From Candidatus Limnocylindrales bacterium (GTDB lineage: Bacteria; Moduliflexota; Moduliflexia; Moduliflexales; JAUQPW01), in the NCBI GenBank assembly GCA_035559535.1, contig DATMBG010000045.1, forward strand, positions 1 to 64,000: a DNA stretch of 64,000 bases, written 5' to 3'. This document shows positions 9,409 to 19,908 of this stretch, one piece after another. Under the pieces are notes generated by a model. The model worked only from the letters and a program-made list of their open reading frames with translations, ran no database searches and was not told where the DNA came from. How positions within the stretch are numbered: position 1 is the stretch's first letter; each line of letters begins with the position of its first letter. Position numbers and translations under genes: made by a program.

Positions 9409-11187
9409 ATGAAGACCCTGTCCTATTCTCAAATTCAAGAAGAACTGAGTCCTGAGAAACTGGCTCCTTTGCCGCCCCTGAACATAACTATTTTACGCAA
9501 TATTACCCTGGAACCTATAGAACCCTACTTACGTTATCTGGGTTATCAAATGGGATTCAACGTTCGGACCCGGTTTGGTGGATATGATCGGATTTTTCAA
9601 GAAGCTGCGGGGGAACAAAAGGATCTGTTAAATGAGGAAACCGATTGTGTTCTTATCTTTCTGAAACTAGAAACCTTATCCTGGAGCCTGGCCAGAAGTT
9701 TTCCCGGTCTGAGCCTGGAGCAGATTGAGGTCGAAAAAGAAAGGATCCAAGATTTCTTTGTGAAGGTTTTGACAGGTATCCGCAAACAAACTTCGGGCAT
9801 GATCCTGTGGCATGGTTTTGAGCTTCCGGTATACCCGGCTTTAGGGATTATAGACCCTCAGCGAAAAGCTGGACAAACCGCCCTTATTCAGGATTTAAAC
9901 CAATTTTTGCGGGATACCCTCCAACAGCAGCCCAATGCTTATTTTGTGGATTTGAACACCTGCCTGATCCGGATAGGCGCCAGGAACTTTTATGATCTTC
10001 GATACTGGCATATCGGTAAAGCTCCCTACTCTCGGGAAGCCCTGCAGGAGATAGCCCGGGAGGTATTTAAATATCTTCGGCCCCTTAAAGGTAAAAGCAA
10101 AAAATGTCTGGTTCTGGATTGTGATCATGTTCTCTGGGGTGGAACCATCGGCGAAGATGGGCTTGCGGGCATCAAGCTCGGTAAAACTTATCCCGGCTCT
10201 GCTTATTATGAGTTTCAACAAGAGATTTTAAATCTCTATCATCGCGGCGTTATTCTCGCGCTTTGCAGTAAAAACAATGAAGAAGAGGTATGGGAAGTAT
10301 TCCAAAAGCATCCGGAGATGGTCCTTCAAAAGGAGCATATTGCTACGGCCCAGATTAACTGGCGGGATAAGGCCACCAACCTTCAGCAGATTGCTGCAGA
10401 TTTAAACATCGGTCTGGATAGTCTCGTTTTTATGGACGATAGTGACTTTGAAATCCATCTGATCCGTCAGACCCTTCCCGAAGTGACCGTTATCCCATTA
10501 CCTCGGGATCGAGCCATTGAATATCGGGAGATCCTGGCTTCCTGTGGGTTATTTGAGACCTTAGCCCTCTCAGAAGAAGATCGTAACCGCGGGATGATGT
10601 ACAGGGCTGAAGCCGCTCGTAAGCAGCTTCAAAGGGAAAGTATAAATTTAGAGAGCTATTATGCTTCCCTGGAGATGGTTTTAGAGATTCGCTTTGCAGA
10701 TGAGTTTTCCATCCCTCGCATTGCGCAATTGACCCAGAAAACCAATCAATTTAACCTTACCACCCGGCGTTATTCCGATGCAGATATTCAACGATTGAGT
10801 GAAAGCGATTCTGCCGATGTAATTTATTTAAGGCTTCGAGATCGATTTGGAGATTCCGGCATCGTAGGGGTTTGTATTCTAAAATATGAAGCAGATCAGG
10901 CGATCCTGGATAGTTTCCTACTCTCGTGTCGAGTACTGGGAAGAGGGGTTGAGGAGGCTTTTCTTATTCAGTGTTTGAAACGGGCTAAGTTGAAAGGAAG
11001 TAAAGTCGCGATGGGTGAGTATCGGCCGACCGCTAAGAACGGTCAGGTCAAGGATTTCTATCTGAATCAGGCTTTTAAACCCGTCGGAGTGGCTGATCAG
11101 GTTTACTCCTTTCAAATGGATTTGACGACCTTCACACGGTGCGAATCTCAATTCTTCAAACACATCGATTCTGAGATCGATAAGTAG
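9409..11187 (+). CDS. fkbH: FkbH-like HAD-IIIC glyceryl-ACP transferase
   Basis: VLDCDHVLWGG, CSKNN, INWRDK, FMDDS, KTNQFNLTTRRY, DRFGDSG, LLSCRVLGR (active-site Cys). Confidence 0.92.
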   Translation: MKTLSYSQIQEELSPEKLAPLPPLNITILRNITLEPIEPYLRYLGYQMGFNVRTRFGGYDRIFQEAAGEQKDLLNEETDCVLIFLKLETLSWSLARSFPGLSLEQIEVEKERIQDFFVKVLTGIRKQTSGMILWHGFELPVYPALGIIDPQRKAGQTALIQDLNQFLRDTLQQQPNAYFVDLNTCLIRIGARNFYDLRYWHIGKAPYSREALQEIAREVFKYLRPLKGKSKKCLVLDCDHVLWGGTIGEDGLAGIKLGKTYPGSAYYEFQQEILNLYHRGVILALCSKNNEEEVWEVFQKHPEMVLQKEHIATAQINWRDKATNLQQIAADLNIGLDSLVFMDDSDFEIHLIRQTLPEVTVIPLPRDRAIEYREILASCGLFETLALSEEDRNRGMMYRAEAARKQLQRESINLESYYASLEMVLEIRFADEFSIPRIAQLTQKTNQFNLTTRRYSDADIQRLSESDSADVIYLRLRDRFGDSGIVGVCILKYEADQAILDSFLLSCRVLGRGVEEAFLIQCLKRAKLKGSKVAMGEYRPTAKNGQVKDFYLNQAFKPVGVADQVYSFQMDLTTFTRCESQFFKHIDSEIDK

Positions 11188-11234
11188 TCGAAAAACCCTA
11201 GAGTATAAGAACCTGTTGAGGAAGGATAGGAAAA

Positions 11235-11486
11235 ATGAAAGAAAGAGTGTTTCAGATAGTGAGTCAGGTTTTAGGACTCCCCCTAGATCAGATCCATGAA
11301 CAATCCTCTCCGGAAAATATTGAAGCATGGGATTCCCTGAAGCATATGAACCTGATACTGGCTTTGGAAGAAGAATTCGGAGTCCAATTTACCGATGAGA
11401 AAATCGTAGAGATGTTAAGCGTAAAACTGATTATGGAAGCCGTAGAAGAACTTTTACCCCAGGTAAAAAATGATTCCCAACGTTAA
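11235..11486 (+). CDS. acyl carrier protein
   Basis: 83 aa, acidic, WDSLKHMNLILALEEEFGV phosphopantetheine motif. Confidence 0.92.
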   Translation: MKERVFQIVSQVLGLPLDQIHEQSSPENIEAWDSLKHMNLILALEEEFGVQFTDEKIVEMLSVKLIMEAVEELLPQVKNDSQR

Positions 11487-12084
11487 ACACATAATATCCC
11501 ACTATAGCCTCAAGGAGTTTTTGATCCGGGGTGCAGAGGAATATATCTGGTGGATTATCCGGAATTGGCCGGGGTTTGAAGGTGTTGTTCTCAGATACCT
11601 GTTCCTTAAATGCACGACGAAAAGGCTGGCCGGATTTTGTTGGATCAGCCGGGGTTGTACCATTGTAAACAGTTATGGGTTATCTATAGGAAAAAACTTT
11701 GCGACGAATCAGAATGTGCTCATCGATGCGCTAGGCGGTATTGAAATCGGAGATAATACCGGTATAGGTCCGAATTGCGTGATTATAGCCCAGGAGCACT
11801 CCATGCTCAGCAAAGAGGGTTATGCCAGTAGACAGGCTTATAGAAGGAAATCTATTAAGATTGGATCTAATGTGTGGATCGGTTCAAACTGCTTTATCAA
11901 AGCGGGAGTGACCATTGGGGATCATGCTGTGATCGGAGCCTGTTCCAATGTTATCACCGATGTACCGGCAAACGGAAGAGTGATCGGTTCCCCGGCGAGA
12001 CCCTACGTGGAAGTGATGCGAGAATTCCTGTCAAAGAAAGACTCGATTTACGGGATCCAACCCGATCATGATGGAAAGAAATAA
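11470..12084 (+). CDS. hexapeptide-repeat (LbH) acyltransferase
   Basis: IEIGDNTGIG, IKIGSNVWIG, GVTIGDHAVIGA, GSPAR. Confidence 0.9.
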   Translation: MIPNVKHIISHYSLKEFLIRGAEEYIWWIIRNWPGFEGVVLRYLFLKCTTKRLAGFCWISRGCTIVNSYGLSIGKNFATNQNVLIDALGGIEIGDNTGIGPNCVIIAQEHSMLSKEGYASRQAYRRKSIKIGSNVWIGSNCFIKAGVTIGDHAVIGACSNVITDVPANGRVIGSPARPYVEVMREFLSKKDSIYGIQPDHDGKK

Positions 12085-13642
12085 ATTTTTCCCACAGCTC
12101 AATGCGAGTCAACTCAATTCCTTTTGGAAACTAGACAACTGGCAGACGTGGGCCTGCTTCCAGGTCTTGCTATACGGGATAGTTGGATTCATAGGTTGGA
12201 ATCGAACACTTATTCCCGATGAGATCCGACCGTTACTACTGGCGGCTAAACCCCTTAAAGAGCAGTTAGAGTTTGCCCGCCTGGATCTGGTCCAGACTCC
12301 CCTTTCGTACCTCTTCCAACGCCTGTGGCTTAATATCTTTGGACATACCGATGGTGCGGCAAAGGCATCGGCCTTATGGATAGGCAGTTTAACCCTTGTT
12401 CTGTTCACCTATCTGGCCAGTCAAATAACCTCCCATTGGCGACTGACTGCGTTCCTGTTTTCGGTACCTTATCTTCGAATAGGTAGTGCGGTGAATCTGG
12501 TTCGAATGTACGGTTTGCTGGTATTATTGGCAGTAGTAGCCATCTTGATTTGGGAGCAATGGCGGAAACAACCCCATACTTCCAGGTTAATGGCCTGGGC
12601 CTTGGTGATGACTCTAATGGCCTATACCCACGGATCTGGGCTACTCTTGTTACCGGCATTTGTCATTATAAACTGGCTTTATGGACCCCGTCGGTGGACA
12701 TTTCTGATGGCTGCGATACTTCCTTGCCTGGCTCTCCTGCCCTGGGTCGCTTATGTGTTCCCTGTTTATCAATCCCGTGGAATCGAAGCCAATGTGATTG
12801 CCATACGCAAGGACCCGACCATCGTCCTGGGAGAACTTCCCTTTTTCTTTCTATCCGGTGAGGATCCAGGGGGTGGAACTCCCTTACCACCCTTACATGC
12901 ACAGGCCTTACGACCCACCCTCAAGATAGCTGCGGGATTCCTGCACCTGATATTATTGTTTCTGGCAGGGCGAAAGATTTATCAACTTTGGCCTCCCCGT
13001 CGGAGTGGAGAGGATACGGCTCGATGGTTTTGGATTTCTGTATTACTCTGTGGAACCCCTATTACCCTCCTCTATGGCCTCTCTCTGGGGTTCACACCGG
13101 TCTTACACGCCCGATATGTACTGGTAGGATTAACGGGATATTGGCTATTGCTGGTGTTTTTAGGTTATTTCGATGGTCGTGTAAATAAGATTATACTCAT
13201 GGGTATTTTTCTCCCGTGGGTCCTGGCAAGCATCCTTCTCACGCTTAAACAGAATATGACCCCTTCGCCGGCACGTCAGGGTACTTTACTTGTGGCTCGG
13301 GAAATGGGAGATTCAGATTTGATCCTTTGCGACAAACATATGCCTTTGGGCTGGCAGGTCTACTGGGAATGGACACGACGGCTAGGTCGCTCTGACCATG
13401 TTGAAATTCTCCCGTCCCGTATGGCAACCTGGTTACAACCTATCCTTCCCTGGAAGGAGCTAGATAAACTCGACCTTGAAGGTGTGGATCGTATATGGTT
13501 CTTCTATTCCGGTCCAAGGTTTGTAACCTCAGTCACGGAGTTTCTTGGAGACCATGGGTTCGTCCTCGATAACCAATATAAGGCAAAATTTCCTTTTCTG
13601 TTGGTTTTCAAAAAACCCGGACAGGTCTCCAGTTATAGATAA
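12068..13642 (+). CDS. GT-C superfamily (PMT/GT39-like) membrane glycosyltransferase
   Basis: PDE after first TM, QTPLSY, RMYG, YTH, many TM helices, soluble C-terminal domain. Confidence 0.72.
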   Translation: MMERNKFFPQLNASQLNSFWKLDNWQTWACFQVLLYGIVGFIGWNRTLIPDEIRPLLLAAKPLKEQLEFARLDLVQTPLSYLFQRLWLNIFGHTDGAAKASALWIGSLTLVLFTYLASQITSHWRLTAFLFSVPYLRIGSAVNLVRMYGLLVLLAVVAILIWEQWRKQPHTSRLMAWALVMTLMAYTHGSGLLLLPAFVIINWLYGPRRWTFLMAAILPCLALLPWVAYVFPVYQSRGIEANVIAIRKDPTIVLGELPFFFLSGEDPGGGTPLPPLHAQALRPTLKIAAGFLHLILLFLAGRKIYQLWPPRRSGEDTARWFWISVLLCGTPITLLYGLSLGFTPVLHARYVLVGLTGYWLLLVFLGYFDGRVNKIILMGIFLPWVLASILLTLKQNMTPSPARQGTLLVAREMGDSDLILCDKHMPLGWQVYWEWTRRLGRSDHVEILPSRMATWLQPILPWKELDKLDLEGVDRIWFFYSGPRFVTSVTEFLGDHGFVLDNQYKAKFPFLLVFKKPGQVSSYR

Positions 13643-13883
13643 ATCAGATTCTGGCCTATTGCAATTACACTACCTTATTGATTTTTGAAAATAAGTACAT
13701 ACCCTAATAACCATTCCACTAAGGCATATCTGTCTGCCGACAGACAGGTAGGTTACAACAAATCATTAAGAACCTGCAACTTTCGGCTGGCAGTTGGGTC
13801 CAGTTCTACAGAAGGGTTAAGAAGATCCCGTAACTTTGAACTGGATTTCCCATCTGTGGGTTTTCTAATGGGGAGGGGGAACC

Positions 13884-14837
13884 ATGGCAAATATTCTTGT
13901 TACCGGCTCTAAAGGGACCCTGGGTCGACCCCTGGTCCGCGAGTTAAGACGACGCGGGCATAACGTTTGGGGTTGCGACCTGCAACATCAACCGGATCAG
14001 CAATACTACCGTGCAGATGTAGCCAATTATCGACAATTGGAGCGCGTTTTCGAGCAGCGATATGATTACGTCTATCATTTAGCGGCTGAATTCGGGCGTA
14101 TTAACGGAGAAGAGTACTATGATACGCTCTGGCAAACCAATGTAATCGGAACCCGTAATATCCTGGAATTACAGCGTAAACATGGATTTAAACTTATCTT
14201 TGCAAGTTCTTCAGAAATTTATGGAGACCGCCATCAAGATATTCTGCATGAAAATATTCCCCTTCACCATTCCATCATTCAACATAACGATTACGCCACT
14301 ACAAAATGGGTCAATGAGATCCAAATTATGAATTTCGAGAAGCGCTACGGGAACCCCTGTGTGCGTCTCCGTTTTTTCAACGCTTACGGTCCTGGTGAGT
14401 ATTATCATAACTACAGAAGTGTAGTTTGCCTCTTTGTTTACCGGGCTTTACACGGATTACCCTATCAGGTCTATGAAGGTTACCACAGGGTCTTCATGTA
14501 CATCGATGATTTTATCCCCACCCTGGCCAAGGTTTGTGATAATTTTATCCCAGGGGAAGTATATAATATCGGGGGGGAGGAGTTTCGTAGCGTTCGTGAA
14601 TTGAGTGATTTGATTCTCCGATATCTGGGTAAAGATGATAGTCTGGTCACTTACCTACCGGAAGATAAACACAACGTACAGAATAAGCGCCCAGATATCA
14701 CGAAAGCTAAAAAGGATTTTGGTCATAATCCCAAAACCACCCTCGAGGAAGGAGTACCCAAGACTATTGAATGGATGAAACAGGTCTATAAGGTAGGAGA
14801 TAGAAGCGATCTACCCTGGGAGTTAGTACATTCATGA
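13884..14837 (+). CDS. NAD-dependent nucleotide-sugar epimerase/dehydratase (extended SDR)
   Basis: VTGSKGTLG, YHLAA, ASSSEIYG, YATTK, RFFNAYGP. Confidence 0.92.
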   Translation: MANILVTGSKGTLGRPLVRELRRRGHNVWGCDLQHQPDQQYYRADVANYRQLERVFEQRYDYVYHLAAEFGRINGEEYYDTLWQTNVIGTRNILELQRKHGFKLIFASSSEIYGDRHQDILHENIPLHHSIIQHNDYATTKWVNEIQIMNFEKRYGNPCVRLRFFNAYGPGEYYHNYRSVVCLFVYRALHGLPYQVYEGYHRVFMYIDDFIPTLAKVCDNFIPGEVYNIGGEEFRSVRELSDLILRYLGKDDSLVTYLPEDKHNVQNKRPDITKAKKDFGHNPKTTLEEGVPKTIEWMKQVYKVGDRSDLPWELVHS

Positions 14838-14876
14838 ATATGAACTGGTTCTCCTCCAAGACTAACAACTCTTGCT

Positions 14877-15812
14877 ATGATTAGACTAACAACAGATGTG
14901 ACTTTGGCTCTTAAGGCTAACCAAAATTTGAGTAAGCCTCCTGCAATGATACATTTGGATCTGGATGGGGGAACCCAGATTTATCGCATCCATGGGTGGT
15001 CTTATGAAGCCCAAGATGATCCGCTTTTTGAGACGGGTCTACAACAGGCTCTGGATTTTTTTGACAAAGTCAAAGTGCGGGCCACACTATTTGTTATTGC
15101 CGAAGACCTGAACCATCCTGGTAAGTGTGGGTTGATTAAAGAAGCTGTGAAACGAGGTCACGAAATAGCTTCCCATTCGTTTACCCATCGAAAATTAACC
15201 ACTCTTGTTTTCGAGGAAAAACGTCGTGAGATTTTTGAGAGTCGGGAACGGATTATGACCGGGTTGGGCGTCGAAGTCTTCGGGTTTCGAGCACCTGACT
15301 TCGATATTGATCGGGAGGTACTGGAACTGGTGGATAGGGCTGGATACCTTTATGACTCGTCGCTATTTTCAGATGTCCGGTTTGCCCGGAAGGTTGGGGT
15401 TACCGGGTTAAGCAGGTTGCCCCATCGTCCACTGGAGAATAGATCACTTGTAGAATTACCTTTGCCCGGGTATGCCCCTCTTCCTTTACCCTTTCATCCC
15501 TGCTATAGCTTAGTTTTGGGTACGTGGTATTTCCGTTTAGGTTTACGAAAATTCCGACGAACGGGTACCCCCCTGGTATTATTATTTCACCTGACAGATT
15601 TTGCAGATCCTCTTCCAACCCATCGATTAACCGGCTGGAAATCCAGGTTATTCACGTTATCCCATATGAAGGGTGAGCCCAAGCGCCACCGGTGTGAAGA
15701 AATGTTAGAAATCGTCCGCCGTGAATACACGTTTGTTGATACCCGGGCTCTGGTCCAGAATGTGACAACTGCTCCACCGGGAGCGCAGGCGTCTTGCTTG
15801 CAAAATGGCTAA
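14877..15812 (+). CDS. polysaccharide deacetylase family protein (CE4-like)
   Basis: DLD, ATLFV, GHEIASHSFTH, GFRAP, YDSS, FH. Confidence 0.88.
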   Translation: MIRLTTDVTLALKANQNLSKPPAMIHLDLDGGTQIYRIHGWSYEAQDDPLFETGLQQALDFFDKVKVRATLFVIAEDLNHPGKCGLIKEAVKRGHEIASHSFTHRKLTTLVFEEKRREIFESRERIMTGLGVEVFGFRAPDFDIDREVLELVDRAGYLYDSSLFSDVRFARKVGVTGLSRLPHRPLENRSLVELPLPGYAPLPLPFHPCYSLVLGTWYFRLGLRKFRRTGTPLVLLFHLTDFADPLPTHRLTGWKSRLFTLSHMKGEPKRHRCEEMLEIVRREYTFVDTRALVQNVTTAPPGAQASCLQNG

Positions 15813-15821
15813 CAGACAAAG

Positions 15822-18002
15822 ATGAAAATCGTTGTGCAGAATCTCAAGAACGGAAAACTTCAGGTAGACGAAGTTCCTCCGCCAGCTTTACAACCGGGCG
15901 GTATTTTGGTTCGTGTTCGGAGATCCCTTATCAGCCTGGGTACGGAAAGAGCCATCATGGCCCTCGCCAACAAAGGGCCCATCGGAAAGGCCTTGGACCG
16001 TCCAGATCTCGCGCGTAAAGTTCTCAACAAGGCCAGGCAAGAGGGTTACTGGAATACCTATCAGGTGGTAAAAAATCTCATCAGCTCGCCGATTCCGTTG
16101 GGGTATTCCTGCGCGGGAGAAGTAATTGAAGCGGGTAAGGAAGCCATCGGGTTCCATGTCGGAGATCGGGTAGCCTGCGCCGGGCTTAATTACGCAAACC
16201 ATGCAGAAGTTAACTACATACCTCGTAATCTGGCGGTCAAAATCCCGGAGGGATTATCCTATGATGAGGCCTGCTTTGTAACCCTTGGTGCGATTGCCCT
16301 GCAAGGGGTGCGACTGGCAGAAATCGAGCTGGGAGAGAAGGTCGTAGTGATGGGGCTTGGTCTGGTGGGTCAGATCGCTGCCCAGTTGGCCCGGTGCGCC
16401 GGTGCAACGGTGCTTGCCACAGACCTTGATCCCTATAAAGTCGAGCTGGCAGCCAGGTTAGGAGCCCACAGGACGGTGGGAGATCCTAAGAATCTGGTCA
16501 GCGCCGTTGCGGAGTTTACCGGCGGACAAGGGGCCGATGCGGTGTTGATCTGTGCAGCTACGAAGTCGGATGAACCTGTTCGACAGGCCGCGGAAATTTC
16601 TCGACTTAAAGGTCGGGTCATTATAATCGGAGATGTGGGAATGCACATCGAACGTCGCCCCTATTATGAAAAAGAGCTTAAAATGGTTGTAAGCCGTTCC
16701 TACGGTCCCGGGCGATACGATCCGGCTTATGAGATCCACGGCCTGGATTATCCCCTTCCGTATGTTCGATGGACAGAAGGGCGTAATATGTCGGCGTTTC
16801 TGGAGTTGGTAGCCAGAAACGATGTCAAAATCGGCCCTCTGATTACCCATAGATTTCCCATCGATGAAGCCGAATCGGCTTATCAACTGGTAACGGGAGA
16901 AAAACAAGAGTCGGCCATCGCCATTGTACTCGAGTACCCGGGTGAATCCTCGAAGCCTTCGCGTATAACCCTACCTTCTTACTCATCTCGCCCTATCGGG
17001 CGTCCGATTCGTATCGGGGTCATCGGTGCCGGGCAATTTGCAAAGGGGATTTTACTACCTGCCTTCGCCCGCCAAAAATCCGTACGATTCCACGCGTTTT
17101 GTACGTCATCGGGGTTTACCAGCAAGAGTGTGGCAGAATATTACGGTGCAGGCTATTGCACCAGTGACCCAACCGACATTATCCAGGATAAAGAAATCGA
17201 CGCCGTGGTTATTGCAACCCGACACAACCTGCATGCTCCGTTGACCCTCGACGCCCTGCGGGCCGGAAAGGCTGTTTTTGTTGAGAAACCCCTTGCACTC
17301 ACACCGGAATCCTTAGCCGAAATCTGCCGGGTGGTACGATCCCTGGAAAGGCCACGCCTGATGGTCGGATTCAATCGCCGCTTTGCCCCTTTAGCCGTTC
17401 AATGCAAGGAGTTTTTCGCTTCCTGTAAGGAACCTGTATTTGTGATGTATCGTATTAATGCGGGGTCTCTCCCCAAAGATAGCTGGGTTTCCGATCCGGT
17501 GGAGGGAGGAGGTCGTATTCTGGGTGAAGTGTGTCACTTTGTAGATACCATCTGCTTCTTAACGGGAGCTTTACCCCAACGTATTTTTGCCGAACCCTTG
17601 ATCTCTTTAACCCATCCCACCTCAGATCGAGATAGTATTACCATCACACTACATCTGTCCAATCATTCCATCGGAGTGATCCATTATCTGGCTAACGGAG
17701 ACCCCACCGTTTCAAAGGAATACCTGGAAATGTTTGGCGGGCAGCGCACGGCGATCCTGGATAATTATCGAAGTCTCTCACTGCACGCCGGAAACCGCCG
17801 TCGTCGGCATCGCTTATTTAATCAAGCCAAGGGTCATAGGGAAGAGGTATCTGCCTTTATAAAAGCCCTGGAAACAGGAAGTCCCATGCCCATAGATTTT
17901 GAAACCCTTGTCGCGGTTACGCAAACGACCTTTCTCATCCATCGGAGTCTGGATACCGGAAACCCTATAGACTATCAATTACCAACGACCAATTCAACCT
18001 AA
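15822..18002 (+). CDS. bi-domain oxidoreductase (Zn-ADH-like + Gfo/Idh/MocA)
   Basis: SLISLGTE, LGYSCAG, GLGLVG, SRSYGPGRYD; second domain IGAGQF, EKP, VGFNRRF, GEVCHFVD. Confidence 0.92.
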   Translation: MKIVVQNLKNGKLQVDEVPPPALQPGGILVRVRRSLISLGTERAIMALANKGPIGKALDRPDLARKVLNKARQEGYWNTYQVVKNLISSPIPLGYSCAGEVIEAGKEAIGFHVGDRVACAGLNYANHAEVNYIPRNLAVKIPEGLSYDEACFVTLGAIALQGVRLAEIELGEKVVVMGLGLVGQIAAQLARCAGATVLATDLDPYKVELAARLGAHRTVGDPKNLVSAVAEFTGGQGADAVLICAATKSDEPVRQAAEISRLKGRVIIIGDVGMHIERRPYYEKELKMVVSRSYGPGRYDPAYEIHGLDYPLPYVRWTEGRNMSAFLELVARNDVKIGPLITHRFPIDEAESAYQLVTGEKQESAIAIVLEYPGESSKPSRITLPSYSSRPIGRPIRIGVIGAGQFAKGILLPAFARQKSVRFHAFCTSSGFTSKSVAEYYGAGYCTSDPTDIIQDKEIDAVVIATRHNLHAPLTLDALRAGKAVFVEKPLALTPESLAEICRVVRSLERPRLMVGFNRRFAPLAVQCKEFFASCKEPVFVMYRINAGSLPKDSWVSDPVEGGGRILGEVCHFVDTICFLTGALPQRIFAEPLISLTHPTSDRDSITITLHLSNHSIGVIHYLANGDPTVSKEYLEMFGGQRTAILDNYRSLSLHAGNRRRRHRLFNQAKGHREEVSAFIKALETGSPMPIDFETLVAVTQTTFLIHRSLDTGNPIDYQLPTTNST

Positions 18003-18016
18003 CAAGAAGCCTGTGA

Positions 18017-18232
18017 AAATTACCTGCGAACAGACCTGCAATAAGCGCAAATCGCGTTAAACTTTACCGGAAGTCCTATACGTATGTTTATGATGCACGA
18101 CCCATTCTGGAAGAGGATCCCAGTGTATTTTTTGATGTAGTTCATTTTAATGAAGATGGACATAGAAGAATTGCCCAGGGTCTTTGTGAGTTTATTATAG
18201 CCCACAGTTTCTTACCTAATAATAAGATATGA
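18017..18232 (+). pseudogene. C-terminal remnant of an SGNH/GDSL hydrolase (no start codon)
   Basis: open frame reads YVYDARPILEEDPSVFFDVVHFNEDGHRRIAQGLCEFI (DxxH block); its TGA overlaps the ATG at 18229. Confidence 0.75.
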
Positions 18233-19908
18233 ACCGTCACCCTTCGGCTTCTGAAATTTACTTTACTTCTATCCTTGAGCAGGCCCCCCATGTACTCAGT
18301 TTGATGGATCGTGAACCCTTAAGTCCAACTGCCGGCTGTTGTGATCGTACCTATTGGGCCTGGAAGTTTGTAGACTTCCCGGGGGCTCGTTTCCAGGAAG
18401 CGTTATGCGTTTTAAGTTTTTTATATTCAACCCCTTTGGAAAATAACCCCTATTTTCATAATGCAAAACTGCTGAACTGGATCGGTCTGGGAATGCGTTT
18501 CTGGTCGGCCATTCAACATTCCGATGGAAGTTTCGATGAGGCCTACCCATTGGAACGTTCTTTAGCCGCTACGGCTTTTACAACTTTTTACCTGGGAGAA
18601 GCCCTTGAATTTACTAGAAATGATTTGCCGAAGGACCTTCAAGCCCAGCTACGACAGACCATGGTGCGGGCAGGTCAATGGTTGATCAAAAATGATGAAA
18701 CCCATGGTTTTCTCTCGAATCACCTTTCCGCTGCTGCTGCCGCTCTGTATCATGTTTACCGGATTACAGGGGAGGAGATCTTCGAACAACGGAGTCAATA
18801 CTTTATCGAAAAAATCCTGAGTCGACAGTCCCGGGAGGGTTGGTACGAAGAATATGGAGGGGCCGATCCAGGATACCAAACCCATGGGAGTTTCTACTTA
18901 GTGCGCCACTGGCAACTGAGCCAGAATAAAGATCTGGCAGAATCTCTAGGTCGTTCGATGACCTTCCTGGCCCATTTTGTGCATCCAGATGGGAGTCTGG
19001 GAGGGGAATATGCCAGTCGTAATACCCAGACTTATTACCCCGCTGCTTTTGAGATGTTTGCAGCCTACCATCCCATAGCCGCCTGGATAGCTGAGACCAT
19101 GCGACCTTCAGTAGTCAATGGGGCGGCAGTGAGCTTGAGAAGTGTGGATAGTTACAACTATTTTCCTTTTCTTAATAATTTCGTCTTTGCCTATCTGGCC
19201 TGTGTCGATAAGAATCGTATTCCCCTCCAGCCGGAAGAACCATCCCGTCAACCGGGGCTTGTCTGGTTCCCGGAGGCAGGAATCGCCCGTATTCGCCGGA
19301 AACGCTATGATGCCTATATCGGAATAGCCAAGGGAGGAGTCATAAAGGTTTTCGATCGTTTCCATAAAAAGCTGGTTTATAGCGATTGTGGGTATATCGG
19401 TCGACTCCATACCGGACAGCTTTTTTCTACCCAGTGCGAAGATCCTCACCGGATCTTTTCCGTCGAGCCGGACAAAATCGAGGTCAAAGGCATATTCTTC
19501 GAGATCTCCAGACCCACCATGGGACCTTTCAGGTTTGTGGCTTTCCGCCTGTTTACCTTATCTTTTGGGCGTTTGACCGGTTTAGGCCGATGGCTCAAGA
19601 GGTATTTGGTGAAGGCACTGATTTATCGCAAACGCCCACTAAAGATTCAGTTCAGACGGATCATAAAATTTGACGAAACCAGGGTGGATGTTTACGATGA
19701 AATTTCCGGACCGGATGGCGAGTATGTTGAGAATTTACAATGGGGAGAAGTATTTACCACCATCCATATGGGCTCGTCCCGCTACTTCATTAACCATGAA
19801 TTGGGGGAAGGGTCTGGATTGAACTCCGACAGGCTCCGGGAGATTAATCCAAAGCAAATTGGATCGGGTATAAAATTGCAACGCAGGATTAATTTCCCCG
19901 AGGATTAA
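18229..19908 (+). CDS. conserved hypothetical protein, probable alpha/alpha-toroid (heparinase II/III- or prenyltransferase-like repeats)
   Basis: QHSDGSFDE, QSREGWYEEYGGADPGYQ, HPDGSLGGEY repeats in a helical N-terminal part; beta-rich C-terminus. Confidence 0.6.
   Translation: MNRHPSASEIYFTSILEQAPHVLSLMDREPLSPTAGCCDRTYWAWKFVDFPGARFQEALCVLSFLYSTPLENNPYFHNAKLLNWIGLGMRFWSAIQHSDGSFDEAYPLERSLAATAFTTFYLGEALEFTRNDLPKDLQAQLRQTMVRAGQWLIKNDETHGFLSNHLSAAAAALYHVYRITGEEIFEQRSQYFIEKILSRQSREGWYEEYGGADPGYQTHGSFYLVRHWQLSQNKDLAESLGRSMTFLAHFVHPDGSLGGEYASRNTQTYYPAAFEMFAAYHPIAAWIAETMRPSVVNGAAVSLRSVDSYNYFPFLNNFVFAYLACVDKNRIPLQPEEPSRQPGLVWFPEAGIARIRRKRYDAYIGIAKGGVIKVFDRFHKKLVYSDCGYIGRLHTGQLFSTQCEDPHRIFSVEPDKIEVKGIFFEISRPTMGPFRFVAFRLFTLSFGRLTGLGRWLKRYLVKALIYRKRPLKIQFRRIIKFDETRVDVYDEISGPDGEYVENLQWGEVFTTIHMGSSRYFINHELGEGSGLNSDRLREINPKQIGSGIKLQRRINFPED

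Noticed and set aside
13728-13749. Short ctgYctgccRacagRcag palindrome (also 35234-35255)
   Set aside because: A real but tiny dispersed palindrome with no further structure; not treated as a separate system
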